DNA of 64,000 bases from Tubulanus polymorphus (taxonomy: Eukaryota; Animalia; Nemertea), in the NCBI RefSeq assembly GCF_964204645.1, contig NC_134027.1, positions 24,018,560-24,082,559 on the forward strand, in the 5' to 3' direction. The translations under genes were made by a program, and so were the position numbers. This document shows positions 11,782-21,823 of this stretch, piece after piece. The stretch's first letter is position 1. Each line of letters starts with the position of its first letter. Under the pieces are notes generated by a model. The model saw only the letters and a list, made by a program, of their open reading frames with translations. It was not told the origin of the DNA and ran no database searches.

Positions 11782-13063
11782 TTTGCTCGTGTTTGGTGAA
11801 TATTTGAATTTCCGTGGACTGCTGTATCGTTCAGTATAGACCCGTCTGACTCGTTGGAGGATCTGAAGCCGTCTGACTTCAACGCCGATCTGTAGCCGTT
11901 GTGCCAGATGCCGATCTATGCCGATCGTTAACTTTCCTCCTATAATTTCGCATTCGTCTTCGATTGTTAGTTACAAGTTACAAGTTACAAGTTAGTTTAT
12001 TCATCATAATCAAATGACATTCGATCGTCAATGAACACCGGAACAGTAGAAAAAGAAAACAATATATACATATAAACAATACCAGAATTATGAAAATATT
12101 TACGAGAAAAATGCATGAGACAAGTATAAAAAATTAAAATTGAATATAATATTCAAATCCCGATCATGACATCAATTATCTCTCTCGCTGTGCAGATTGG
12201 TTCATGAATTACACAGATGAAAATTTCTAAATCATTGATTTAGCCTTTTTAAAAGTAATCCTTCGAATTTCGAAGCCCAATTTGCTGAGGAGGGGAATTT
12301 TGATATACGTAAGCAACACTTATCGATTTTTGACTGAACGAACAGCAATCACAGTTGTTTATTGTCTTTATACAAAAAAAACTATATCAGCACATATTTT
12401 CAAAAAGTGATTGTTCTGACTTTCCCCTTCAATGGGAATGTCTGGAAGGGTACAGGTAGATACTAGCACTGGGGATCATTTCAATAACGTTTCTCAGTAA
12501 GTGAACGCTGCTTGTGTTTCAGTATTATCATTACCTGATGCCGGGTACATCAATTTCTACATGTAGTACATGTAGGCCTATACTGTGAGTCCTTGAATAT
12601 GAAATTATAAGATTTCATTAATTGAGCTTGAGTTTAACTCTGTTTTAATCTTTGGTTATCATGAGAAAAGCAATATATGGGATTATGCAAATTAGAAACT
12701 GTTCTTGCCAACTCACCTTGCCTTCCCCCATGTGTGTAAGCTGTATGTACGTACTTACGTAGATCTTAAATGATAAACCTTACCACAGATCCTCAATGTT
12801 AGACGTCCCTGGTTCAGATATCATGTTCAAACACAATCGATTGTTTCATGATCACTGATTTTACAGTCAAAGTTCGTTATAATGCCATCATTTTTAATGC
12901 CACTGTTCAGTTAACGCCAACATCTTTAAGAGAACAAATTTGCCAAATCTAACCCAATTTCTGTGAAAATACCATTCTTTATAACGCCTAATATGTAATA
13001 ACGCCATGATTTCCGTTGGCCCAACAGTGGCATCATAACGGACTTTATATTCAAAATAGCCAA

Positions 13064-14131
13064 TCATTTTATTTGGGTGACACTGAATAATGAATTTAGA
13101 ATGTCAAGAGATACTTTTCGGAATTTTTCATTTGTCACACAATACACGATGAAATTTGCTGACGAATCGACGATAGAAAATCCTAACGCTATTTGTCTCA
13201 TAATGTGCAAATGTGGGATATATCCTAAAGCCATTAAACGGTCGATAAAACCAAAACCTTCACAAATGATAAACAACAAAACTACTGATAAAATCATCTT
13301 TAAAATCGTCATTTCTCTTCTAGACGATTCATCAGTTATACCGAGCTCTGAACGTCGAGTAACCCGACGGTAAAATATCGCCAAAATAAGAATAGCATTG
13401 ATAACGATTAATAAACAAATTGGGACCATAACAGTAAGATACATGAATAAATAGATCCCAGAAATTGTGAAACGCCATCTGTAATGCTCAAACCACCTTG
13501 GATAGCGATACGCTTTGGCACGTACTGTAACATATGGCCACTCAGCAGGACAATTCAGAAATCTAAGATGTTGTGTGGGTATGAAATGAATAAGATGACC
13601 ACAAAAACTCAGCAGTGAAATGAATATCATCGCCGAAACTGATATCAATTTCTTAGGAAATTTTCGAGATTTTATCGGAAACAATACGACGATTAACCGC
13701 TCTAGACTGAGCAGCACAGTGCACCAGTTACGTGTCATCTGAAACATGTAGAAAAACGGCAAGGCAACGGAGATGAAAATCCAACCATAATTCCAGTCGT
13801 TCCAGCGAAATACAATATCTCCCAAAACGGCGTAAATGTACGCAGTTCTCAGCGGATACATAATGAATGTAGCGATCATAAACAAAAGATCGTTAATGGC
13901 GAGGATTTTGATGAGAAAATAAATATCAGATTTAAACTGTTTCAGAACTAACAGCGTGAATGCGTTGAATATCAAACCCAGCACAGACGCCGGTAGATAC
14001 CAGCATAAATACGTAAATACATTGAATTTGTTGATCCATCTAACGGGACCAGTTTGCATTTCTTGACACGGGTTGAGTTGTTGAGTTGTTGTCAACGCAG
14101 AAGTTATATCAGTGATGTTGTTATCAAGCAT
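13064..14131 (-). CDS. Intronless class A GPCR, divergent member of the same family (GPCR3)
   Basis: 355 aa with GLIFN, LAIND, TRNWCTVLLSLERL, ICEG, DSSANFIVYC and KFR motifs; N-terminal NIT glycosylation sequon. Confidence 0.92.
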   Translation of the reverse strand: MLDNNITDITSALTTTQQLNPCQEMQTGPVRWINKFNVFTYLCWYLPASVLGLIFNAFTLLVLKQFKSDIYFLIKILAINDLLFMIATFIMYPLRTAYIYAVLGDIVFRWNDWNYGWIFISVALPFFYMFQMTRNWCTVLLSLERLIVVLFPIKSRKFPKKLISVSAMIFISLLSFCGHLIHFIPTQHLRFLNCPAEWPYVTVRAKAYRYPRWFEHYRWRFTISGIYLFMYLTVMVPICLLIVINAILILAIFYRRVTRRSELGITDESSRREMTILKMILSVVLLFIICEGFGFIDRLMALGYIPHLHIMRQIALGFSIVDSSANFIVYCVTNEKFRKVSLDILNSLFSVTQIK

Positions 14132-15217
14132 CTCATAAGCTGTGAATTATAGACTGTCCAACAGTTTAATCATTCTGTATTGAATGGGTTCATCAGTGAA
14201 ACTTTCAGTGAATGAGACTTGAATTCAATTTAGAATCATCTCCCTGTTCCATTTGTTTGAAGCTAAGCTGCCCATCCCTAACTGGATTTTACAAGATGGA
14301 ATCATCAATCTAACAGAATTTGAATTCATAGTACCGTCGTGCTTAATTTGTGTAAATGAATATCCAAAGTCTGTCGTCAACACTCTTCGCACTAGCGTGT
14401 AGTATAGAAGCGACTCAAAGATTGTAAATACCTTTGCATAATTTCGGCAGTGGATGTGAACATTGATTCGTGTTCAATAAAACAAAAAAATGAAATCCGC
14501 GTAAAATTTGGTTATTTTATTGCTGTAACTTTTTCATGGTGGACTCCTGGGGTATTCGGTTTCACTTGAAGTATGATCTATCCACATGGGCTACGACCAT
14601 CTAACATGATGCATATATCATACTTGCCATGACAGAGGTTTGCAGCATTAATCTTCTTCACTCGCAATTCTTAAACACGCTCGTTGCAGATTCCAACAGT
14701 TCCAGTTATTCCTCATCATATCATCTTTCACTTATTAATGGGTGCTTGTGACAGTGGTCTCAATGCTCTGCTTGACCCACCGGAAAGCTTGTATCTTTTC
14801 TCTTTTATTGCGTTATCGTAATCTTACTTAATAGAAATATGTAGGTTATTGTATGTTCTTCTTATGATTTCTTTTATCATCTGTTATTTCTTGTGTTAGT
14901 TTTGTTAATATCTTTTTGCTTTTTTAGAAATAAACCTGAACTTGAACTCACTTTCACCCGAATTTTGTAAACTGCTGACCACGATCTCCCTCGCTACGTT
15001 TCTGACATAGCGGTATAGGCGCCCACTAACCAGAGCGTACTACCAATAACTAGAACTTATCGAATTTTTATACGTTTTATTTTTTGCCACATTCAAAATG
15101 AATCATAGACAATCAACTTGGTCAAATATCACTTAGCCTGGACTCAGCAAAATAGGTTTTGAAATAAATGAACGTTGAATGACTTGTATTGTTAATTGCC
15201 CCGCATAGTCGTTATGG

Positions 15218-15335
15218 GGTCAGTTGCTCAAAAGTTGGTTGAAGATAACTAGTGGATAGATACCATAGTAACAATGAACTTTTGATTGTCACTATCCACT
15301 GGTTAACTCAAACCAACCTGTGAGCAACTGGCCCC
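15218..15335. mobile_element. MITE with gggg(t/c)cagttgc TIRs, in the 3' UTR of gene D
   Basis: ggggtcagttgctcaaaagttggtt...aaccaacctgtgagcaactggcccc; related copies at about 26708-26829 and 47159-47528. Confidence 0.8.
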
Positions 15336-15376
15336 TGGTGGTTACTGTACGCAGAGCGCATAACAAGTTACCGGAC

Positions 15377-17433
15377 TTATCCAGTTCCCGATTGTACCAA
15401 GATTGGTGGAGTGTTGGCATTACGATTGCACTGGGCTGCATATGAGTGCTTCGACTGGTTAAAACTGGTGAAATCGGCGCTGTTAAACATAGCCGTGTGG
15501 TCACCAGACGATTTGCAGATTCGGTTATCCGTTGAACAACATCCGGGATATTGATCAGTTACCCTACCCAGATAACACGAACGGCGCAACAAGGATTTAT
15601 ACATACACGGAGATAAAACGGAACTCATTGAACCACACCTGCGAATAAAAACATATTCAGAATAAATTCAGGAAAGACACCGCTTGCCCCTTTCCCGGCT
15701 TTTACTATGTAACTATTTTGATTATTGATTATTACCAAATCTGCGGTTTATTTTCTTAACTAAAACGATTTTTAGAACAGATGAAATCAATCGACATATT
15801 TTTCTTGGCGATTGTCACCAGATTGAGGTCGCAATGTTAAACTACTGATTGCTTTCTAGCGCGTGTATATCGGGAATTCTACGCCATCATAATTGTTAAA
15901 TGAGTAAATCTCGAGCCGGTTCCGATCGACTATTGCTAAAAGGCTTACGTCTCACAGGTGACGTCACCAGCACGATCTGCACAATAACACAATTGACAAT
16001 CTCCCTGCTCCTCGTAACGATTGGTACCCTTGTTGAAACTAGATTCGGGAAACCTCGCCTTAGTGCAACCACCTGAAAGAAAACATTGTGATTTATAGTC
16101 ATCAATTCATCTATGAATTTATCAATTATAGAAAATAAACGAACAATATATCATTCATTCATTCATTCGTCCGTCCATCCGTCCGTCCGTCCGTACGTTC
16201 GTAAACAAATCCTGTAAACAAAACTCTTTGGCTGATTCATTCATTCGAGTATCATTAAAGGACGCTTTGAGGTAATAAATGTTTCTTTTTTCTTTTTTTG
16301 ACGAAATTGATGATATTTCAGAGTGATGAGTAATGACAGAATACACGAAGCAAAATATTCGGATAGATAGAAATGTAACGAGAAATTAGTTTTCTTTACA
16401 ATTTCATTAGGTTCCTGTTCAAATATTGAAATTTAAAAAAGATCTATATTCTGACCTAGAAATCCTCGCATCTTTCCTCTGAGATTCAAATCGTTTGTAG
16501 CACATATTTGCAGGGGGTTGCACCCCCTTTCTTCACGAGGACGTTTGTTATCTAGCTTGCGTTCACTCTTACAAAAACTTACAAAACTAATGGAAAACCA
16601 TAGTAGCGGCAACAGCGACGAAATAAGGGCTACGCTTAGTTACTAATCTAAAGATTAAGAGATGCGTCTAAGGCTTATAATGAATTATATACATGATTAG
16701 GCTAAAACTATGAATAAGTATCTAAACAATTATAGTTTTGAAGTAATTCCTACTACTAATTACTGATTAATTAAATCCTTCATTGCTTAATGGTAAAAAA
16801 TCTAAGTTAGATATTTAAAAGTTTGAATATAAGAGAACTGCTGCAATAAAAACTCTCTAATCAGTTCTTTCTAATTAGCTCAATCTGTTTTTCGTTGGTT
16901 TGAGAGTAGAACACGTCATCAAGATTGAGACCTAATGGTGTTGAAGTCCATACTGCCAACATCCTTCACGAATATTATGTTTTTTTGAATCACACTTATC
17001 TATGATCTCGACCACTGAGATCGAAGGGATTATGACCTGAGCTTCTAAAGTGTAAATAATAAACAGGATCATCATTTGTACGCGGATTGCGAAGTCGAGA
17101 TTTATAGTTATTCGTGCTCAATAGAAAACTATTCGTGGAACCGACACATTTCATTTGACAAACAGCATACGATAATAAATAGATTACATTTTCCGAATTA
17201 CAGTTAAAGGAATAGTTTATCGTGAAAACTTCAGGAGCAACAATTTTGTTTCCGGTTATAACTACGGGACAAATTTGACAACGTACACTATAATATGAGT
17301 AACCCAAGGATACAGTTCGGAACTGTTTAACCAGTTGGGACTGGTATGAATTTACAGTCTTACCTTTTTCAAAACTGAGGGCCGCCTCCGAAACACCAGC
17401 AAATACCACGCAAACCAATAAAGCGAAATACAT
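15377..17433 (-). CDS. Secreted SVWC-like protein (Vago/La1/scoloptoxin-16-like), 12 Cys, 151 aa (copy D)
   Basis: Exons 17433-17364, 16072-15949 and 15638-15377 with the same phases as A/B. Protein: MYFALLVCVVFAGVSEA|ALSFEKGGCTKARFPESSFNKGTNRYEEQGDCQLCYCADRAGDVTCETCGSMSSVLSPCMYKSLLRRSCYLGRVTDQYPGCCSTDNRICK...SYAAQCNRNANTPPILVQSGTG*. CxxCxC and YPxCC are hallmark VWC/SVWC motifs. Confidence 0.85.
16500..17290 (-). mobile_element. Penelope-like retroelement remnant (GIY-YIG endonuclease) in intron 1 of gene D
   Basis: Reads CQICP...FNCNSENVIYLLS.AVCQMKCVGST...HFRSSGH, then after frameshifts RE..W and TPLGLN, the typical PLE GIY-YIG signature. A decayed hammerhead-like motif lies downstream at 16501-16537. 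Confidence 0.75.
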
Positions 17434-17659
17434 GATGAAATTCTGTCCACACTTTTGAGTCGACTGACAAAAAACCTGTCAAAACTGGCTGTTTATATCG
17501 TATACAGCGGTTTTTGAAATGTTTGCATTTTTTCGAGAGAAAGCAGTTAGAATGGATATCACATCGATGGTGCATGAAAATCAATAAAAAGTAACTGGAT
17601 CCCGAGTAGAAATTTCAAACCAAAATAGTCCCAAGGACAATTCTCAACCTACGTTTTGA

Positions 17660-17815
17660 TGCAAAACCCACACAACTGTAAAACTGGATCCAGAGTCAAA
17701 TTAAACCCAAAAAACTTTGGAACTGGATCCATAGGGTCAAATTGAACCCACACACCTATGGAACTGGATTCAGAAGTCAACTTAAACCCAAACAACTGTG
17801 GAACTGGGTCCATAG
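17660..17815. repeat. About 41-bp minisatellite (aacccacacaactgtggaactggatcc...)
   Basis: About 4 tandem units. Related units at about 2225-2280 and 10728-10770, and inverted at 50330-50450. Confidence 0.8.
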
Positions 17816-20445
17816 TGAAGGTTTATTGGCGCCTTGAAAAATGACACATATATTGCTTTATATTGCGACAAATAATATAGATAATCTAATATTAATTTAA
17901 ATCATAAAGGATCAATATAGTTGTTTAGGATTGGAATAAACTATCGATTATTGAATTGACCGGCAACCGGTCTAGTCTCGATATATTGATGACATAAGCA
18001 CATCCTCTCAAAGATAACTATCAATTTATCAAAAATTAGATGAGATGCATGAAATATATTTGATTAGAAATAAAGGCAAAAATTCACAAATGTAATTGTT
18101 GTTTTGAAATATCATTATTGATGACGTAGTGCACATCTCGGCTCGCACGGAACCCCTTCAATAACGCATACTAAGTATCAATTTATATAAACATTATTGC
18201 AACAGTTTTTACGGCGTCAAAAAATGTTTAGATTGTAGACTTCCTCCCTCGGCAGGTATTCGAACCTGATGGAAATGACAATTTCCGTTACTGAATTAAA
18301 TAAAACCTTTGCCAGAAACCGAAGAGGCAGATAATCGAGGGTGGCTGGTAGGCCTACTAGCTAAAACCTTTTTCTAGTTCAAACCTGCCAGGCCACATTC
18401 TTATCTGTATGGCCTACGTATCATATACAATTGCATGTTTTTGTATCGCTGAGAATTAAACATGTACATAAGCACGTAGGCCCATAGGAAAGCATTACAT
18501 TATTCATTCCGTTTCACTAAAACCGCTCAAAATAAAAATAATTTATTCAAATGAATGTGAATATCGCCTCGCTGGTATTTACAATGCTGTTGAATATCGT
18601 TGAAATTTGAACATTGAATCGGATTTCCGATATGTTGGATTAGAAACTGCAACATGGTAATCTATAATCGATCAACACAAGGCTTTCCCATCCACAGTTC
18701 ACTAGTGCTTCTACTAAAATGCGAAAACACAATTCTACGTGGAAATTTGAACAGGTGCAACCAAACTCTACGACCAACGAAAACACTCAAAAATTTCAAA
18801 TCACGAACAATACTAAATTTTGTCAAATTCTTTTTTTCCCTTTTTTACCTTTAATTTTACTCGTCTGAGTGGAAAAGAAATACAGAAAAACCTGATGTAC
18901 TGTACATATACCGTAGTATAGACAATATTTAAAAAATGGTGTATCCATTATCATATCTGTGAATCGACAATGCAAAATCGTACAATGTATCAGTATTGGT
19001 GGATAGATGTGGAATCCAGACTTCGTCCGAGACATCGAAAGAATCGTACTTAAACCGTTTTGCTGTCATCGTCGGAGTCAGCGTCATGGGTGTGGCAAAT
19101 CTATTCGAGTAATTAAGAAAGCCTATAATCGTTCTTATGAAAATGAAAAAAAAAACAATCACTGGATTCAGATGTACTTTTGTTCATTGGTTTTATCAAT
19201 TTTAACTTTTGGGGCTGAGTTTGGGGGGCTACGAAAATGATCAATCTATTAAAAGACTCCATCTACTTTCCTGCATATACAATAGAACTCTAATCCCGAA
19301 AATATTTGGGAAATTCATTCAAATCTACAATTCATGTAGCATTTGTCAAGGGCAAATGTCTTCAGCATTTTTCTTGAAAATCACCATCATTAACCAGTCA
19401 CCGTTGAATTTTGTTGTGTCGCTGTTCCTTTCGATTTTAGAAAGTTGAAAAATCACCTATGAAATACGCGGGAATGTTGAAATCACATAATGCATAGCAA
19501 TTCGTGAAAATAATTTGCCTTTGGGTTATTTGAAACAGATAACTCGCGTGGATGCATGTATCACAAATAAACTGTAAATAGAAGTTATGCAAATGAATAT
19601 GTCTGAGTGTGACGTACGTGTCTGCGTAGGGAAACCTAAGAATGGCACGGCCTTGGGCGCTCTGGTGTGTGAAAAGTACATTCAGAATTATCGGGACGCG
19701 TATATGTAGGTAAGCACTCCATACATGGGTCGGTGGAATGTTGTGACATATTACTACGTCACAATCCGTGATCACCCAGCCATGTGAGGTAAAGAGCCTG
19801 CACACGTCACTTAGTCTTCAATATTGGGGCTAGACTGGCAGTAAGATTTGAACGTTAAGCGAGTTTATGCGGTACTCTATGCACCGCTGATATGGTTGAG
19901 ACCTGTATCATATTCATATTCATTTAATTATTGCTTTCGACATTAGTGAGCACTATTCATATTATTTTTCAAGGCGTCAACAAACTTTCAAGCTGTGCTA
20001 ATAGTAATCAACTCTTATACTCAAAGTAATAAAACTTTCATCACAAATAAGAATCACCGATCAATCAAAGACAGAATGTATCTATGAGGAGGTGCTGTAC
20101 AAATGCTGGCAAATGTTGTACCCCCGCTATGACGAGTTATCGCAACACTGGCATGAATCGTGATGAACAATATGTCAAAATGTCATCATCCAAATCTGTT
20201 TACGTATCTATCTGATCATGATGTAGATAGAACCATATTTTCTTTTGTGAAGAGAGGAGAGAATGGTAGCATTAAATAACTAGAATTCATCGATTTTTAT
20301 CATCCGGTATTTTATTTGTTTGCCGGGTATTTGGAATAAATCGAAGACAGTCAACATCGTCAAATAGCAATCAAATTGGCAGCGAAATTGAACGTGACGA
20401 CGAAATATTCCCCGGCCCATCATACGCAGATCATCGATTTCCTTC

Positions 20446-20669
20446 TTAGCAGCCGTTATACAACCTCAAATTAAAATTAAGAATGAGAAATTAAGATTAC
20501 TTCTTCAAAATTCTTTAAGAATTTGAATAAGCTCACGTTACGCAGAGGACATCGCCACTGTTACGATCAGTGCAGCTACATCTTTCGGTACATTCGGCAT
20601 TCGTCTCCTCGTATTCGCCTGAAGCCGCATTGAGACTAGAATCGGGGAACCTCTCTACTGTACACGCAC
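20446..20669 (-). pseudogene. 6-Cys peptide gene copy E, exons 2-3 (exon 1 inverted)
   Basis: Exon 20669-20537 encodes GACTVERFPDSSLNAASGEYEETNAECTERCSCTDRNSGDVLCVT; exon 20464-20446 encodes LYNGC* after a weak GAG acceptor. The 3' UTR is homologous to that of A/B. Confidence 0.75.
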
Positions 20670-21134
20670 CTGTATTAAGTGGACATTACAATTTCCATTC
20701 ATTAGTTCATTCAAATTGTTGAACCAATCTATCTAATCAGCAATTACGAAAAGGTAAATTAACAAATTCTTTGATTCACCAATAAACAACGATTCATCCA
20801 ATCATTCCACGAATTAAATGATTATTGTCGATTCATTCAAATTGTTCTGATTTCAAGAGCAAACACGATCAAAATATACGCGCGAACCCCGTTAAACGAT
20901 GCGGATTTATGTGAAACCCAAGCGTCGACGTCCAAGCCAAACGCAAAAATATCAGTAATATCTAGGCGATATTTTACACGGGATTCGTATGTGACACTGT
21001 TTTTTTTGTTTCAAATGAACCTTCAAAAAGAACGATTATACGTTATGCATGTCATTGTGAAATTCGAAAGTGAAATAGTAAGAATTTGAAATTCATCAAT
21101 ACCAATGGATGAACAACCTTACAAACCCGTCATC

Positions 21135-21206
21135 ATGTATTGCGCTGTATTGGTTTGTGTGGTATTTGTTGTTGCTATTGAGGCAGCCGTGCATACCCGG
21201 TTTTGA
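21135..21206 (+). pseudogene. Signal-peptide exon of the peptide family on the opposite strand
   Basis: catcATG then MYCAVLVCVVFVVAIEAAVHTRF*. Clearly homologous to MYFAVLVCVVFAGATEAA but on the plus strand, without the GTAAG donor. Confidence 0.75.
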
Positions 21207-21823
21207 GATGAAAACAAGCGTACCTAGTACAAAATGTATAAGGCGAAATGGCAGGAAACGTATCGGTTGAGTAAGCATGAAGTTCCGTTGTGGAGGATTT
21301 CTCCCAAAGCCAGTCGGCGCCATCTAAAAAAAATTTAGAAAGATGGACGCTCCGCCTCAAAATGGTAATCCATCGTGCGAAGAGATATTACTGTGAATAT
21401 GATTACTGGGTGCTTTTTAAAATTGTAGAGATAATTTCGTTACTCGCGATAATAACCGCGCAGCTTAGTAGTAGTGTTAGAGGTTTTGTGTATCATGGAG
21501 ATTGGATTTAGAAACCGGGTTATTTGAATAGACCGCGGGCGTTGAATAAAAGTAGATGGCGCTATATTACGGTCACGTACAACAGGTTTGTAGGCTGCGA
21601 TGTATTTTTCAATTTCCGAATCATTTGTTTGTACGTTAGTTTATGTGACTGTGTTGTCAAAATGAATTATTATCTAAGTAATTTGTCAGATATAAATCAT
21701 TTACCAATAAGCATGTGATATCGATAAATTTAGCTAAAATAGACGACAAAATCAAGAGACGACCAATGTGAGAATATAATCGTGAAAACCCGCTGCCTGA
21801 AACGTCGATTCACCGGGAGTGGC

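Noticed and set aside
12465-12510. GGATCATTTC resembling U3 snoRNA box A
   Set aside because: No recognisable boxes B, C or D downstream; likely a repeat end.
16440-16545. Possible Kunitz-like extra exon in gene D (GC...RFES)
   Set aside because: The motifs fall in different frames; better explained as the Penelope-like terminus with a decayed hammerhead.
21290-21511. 73-aa ORF as a candidate SAMTOR first exon
   Set aside because: The conserved SAMTOR N-terminus is encoded at 21824-21902 with a proper donor in the correct phase.
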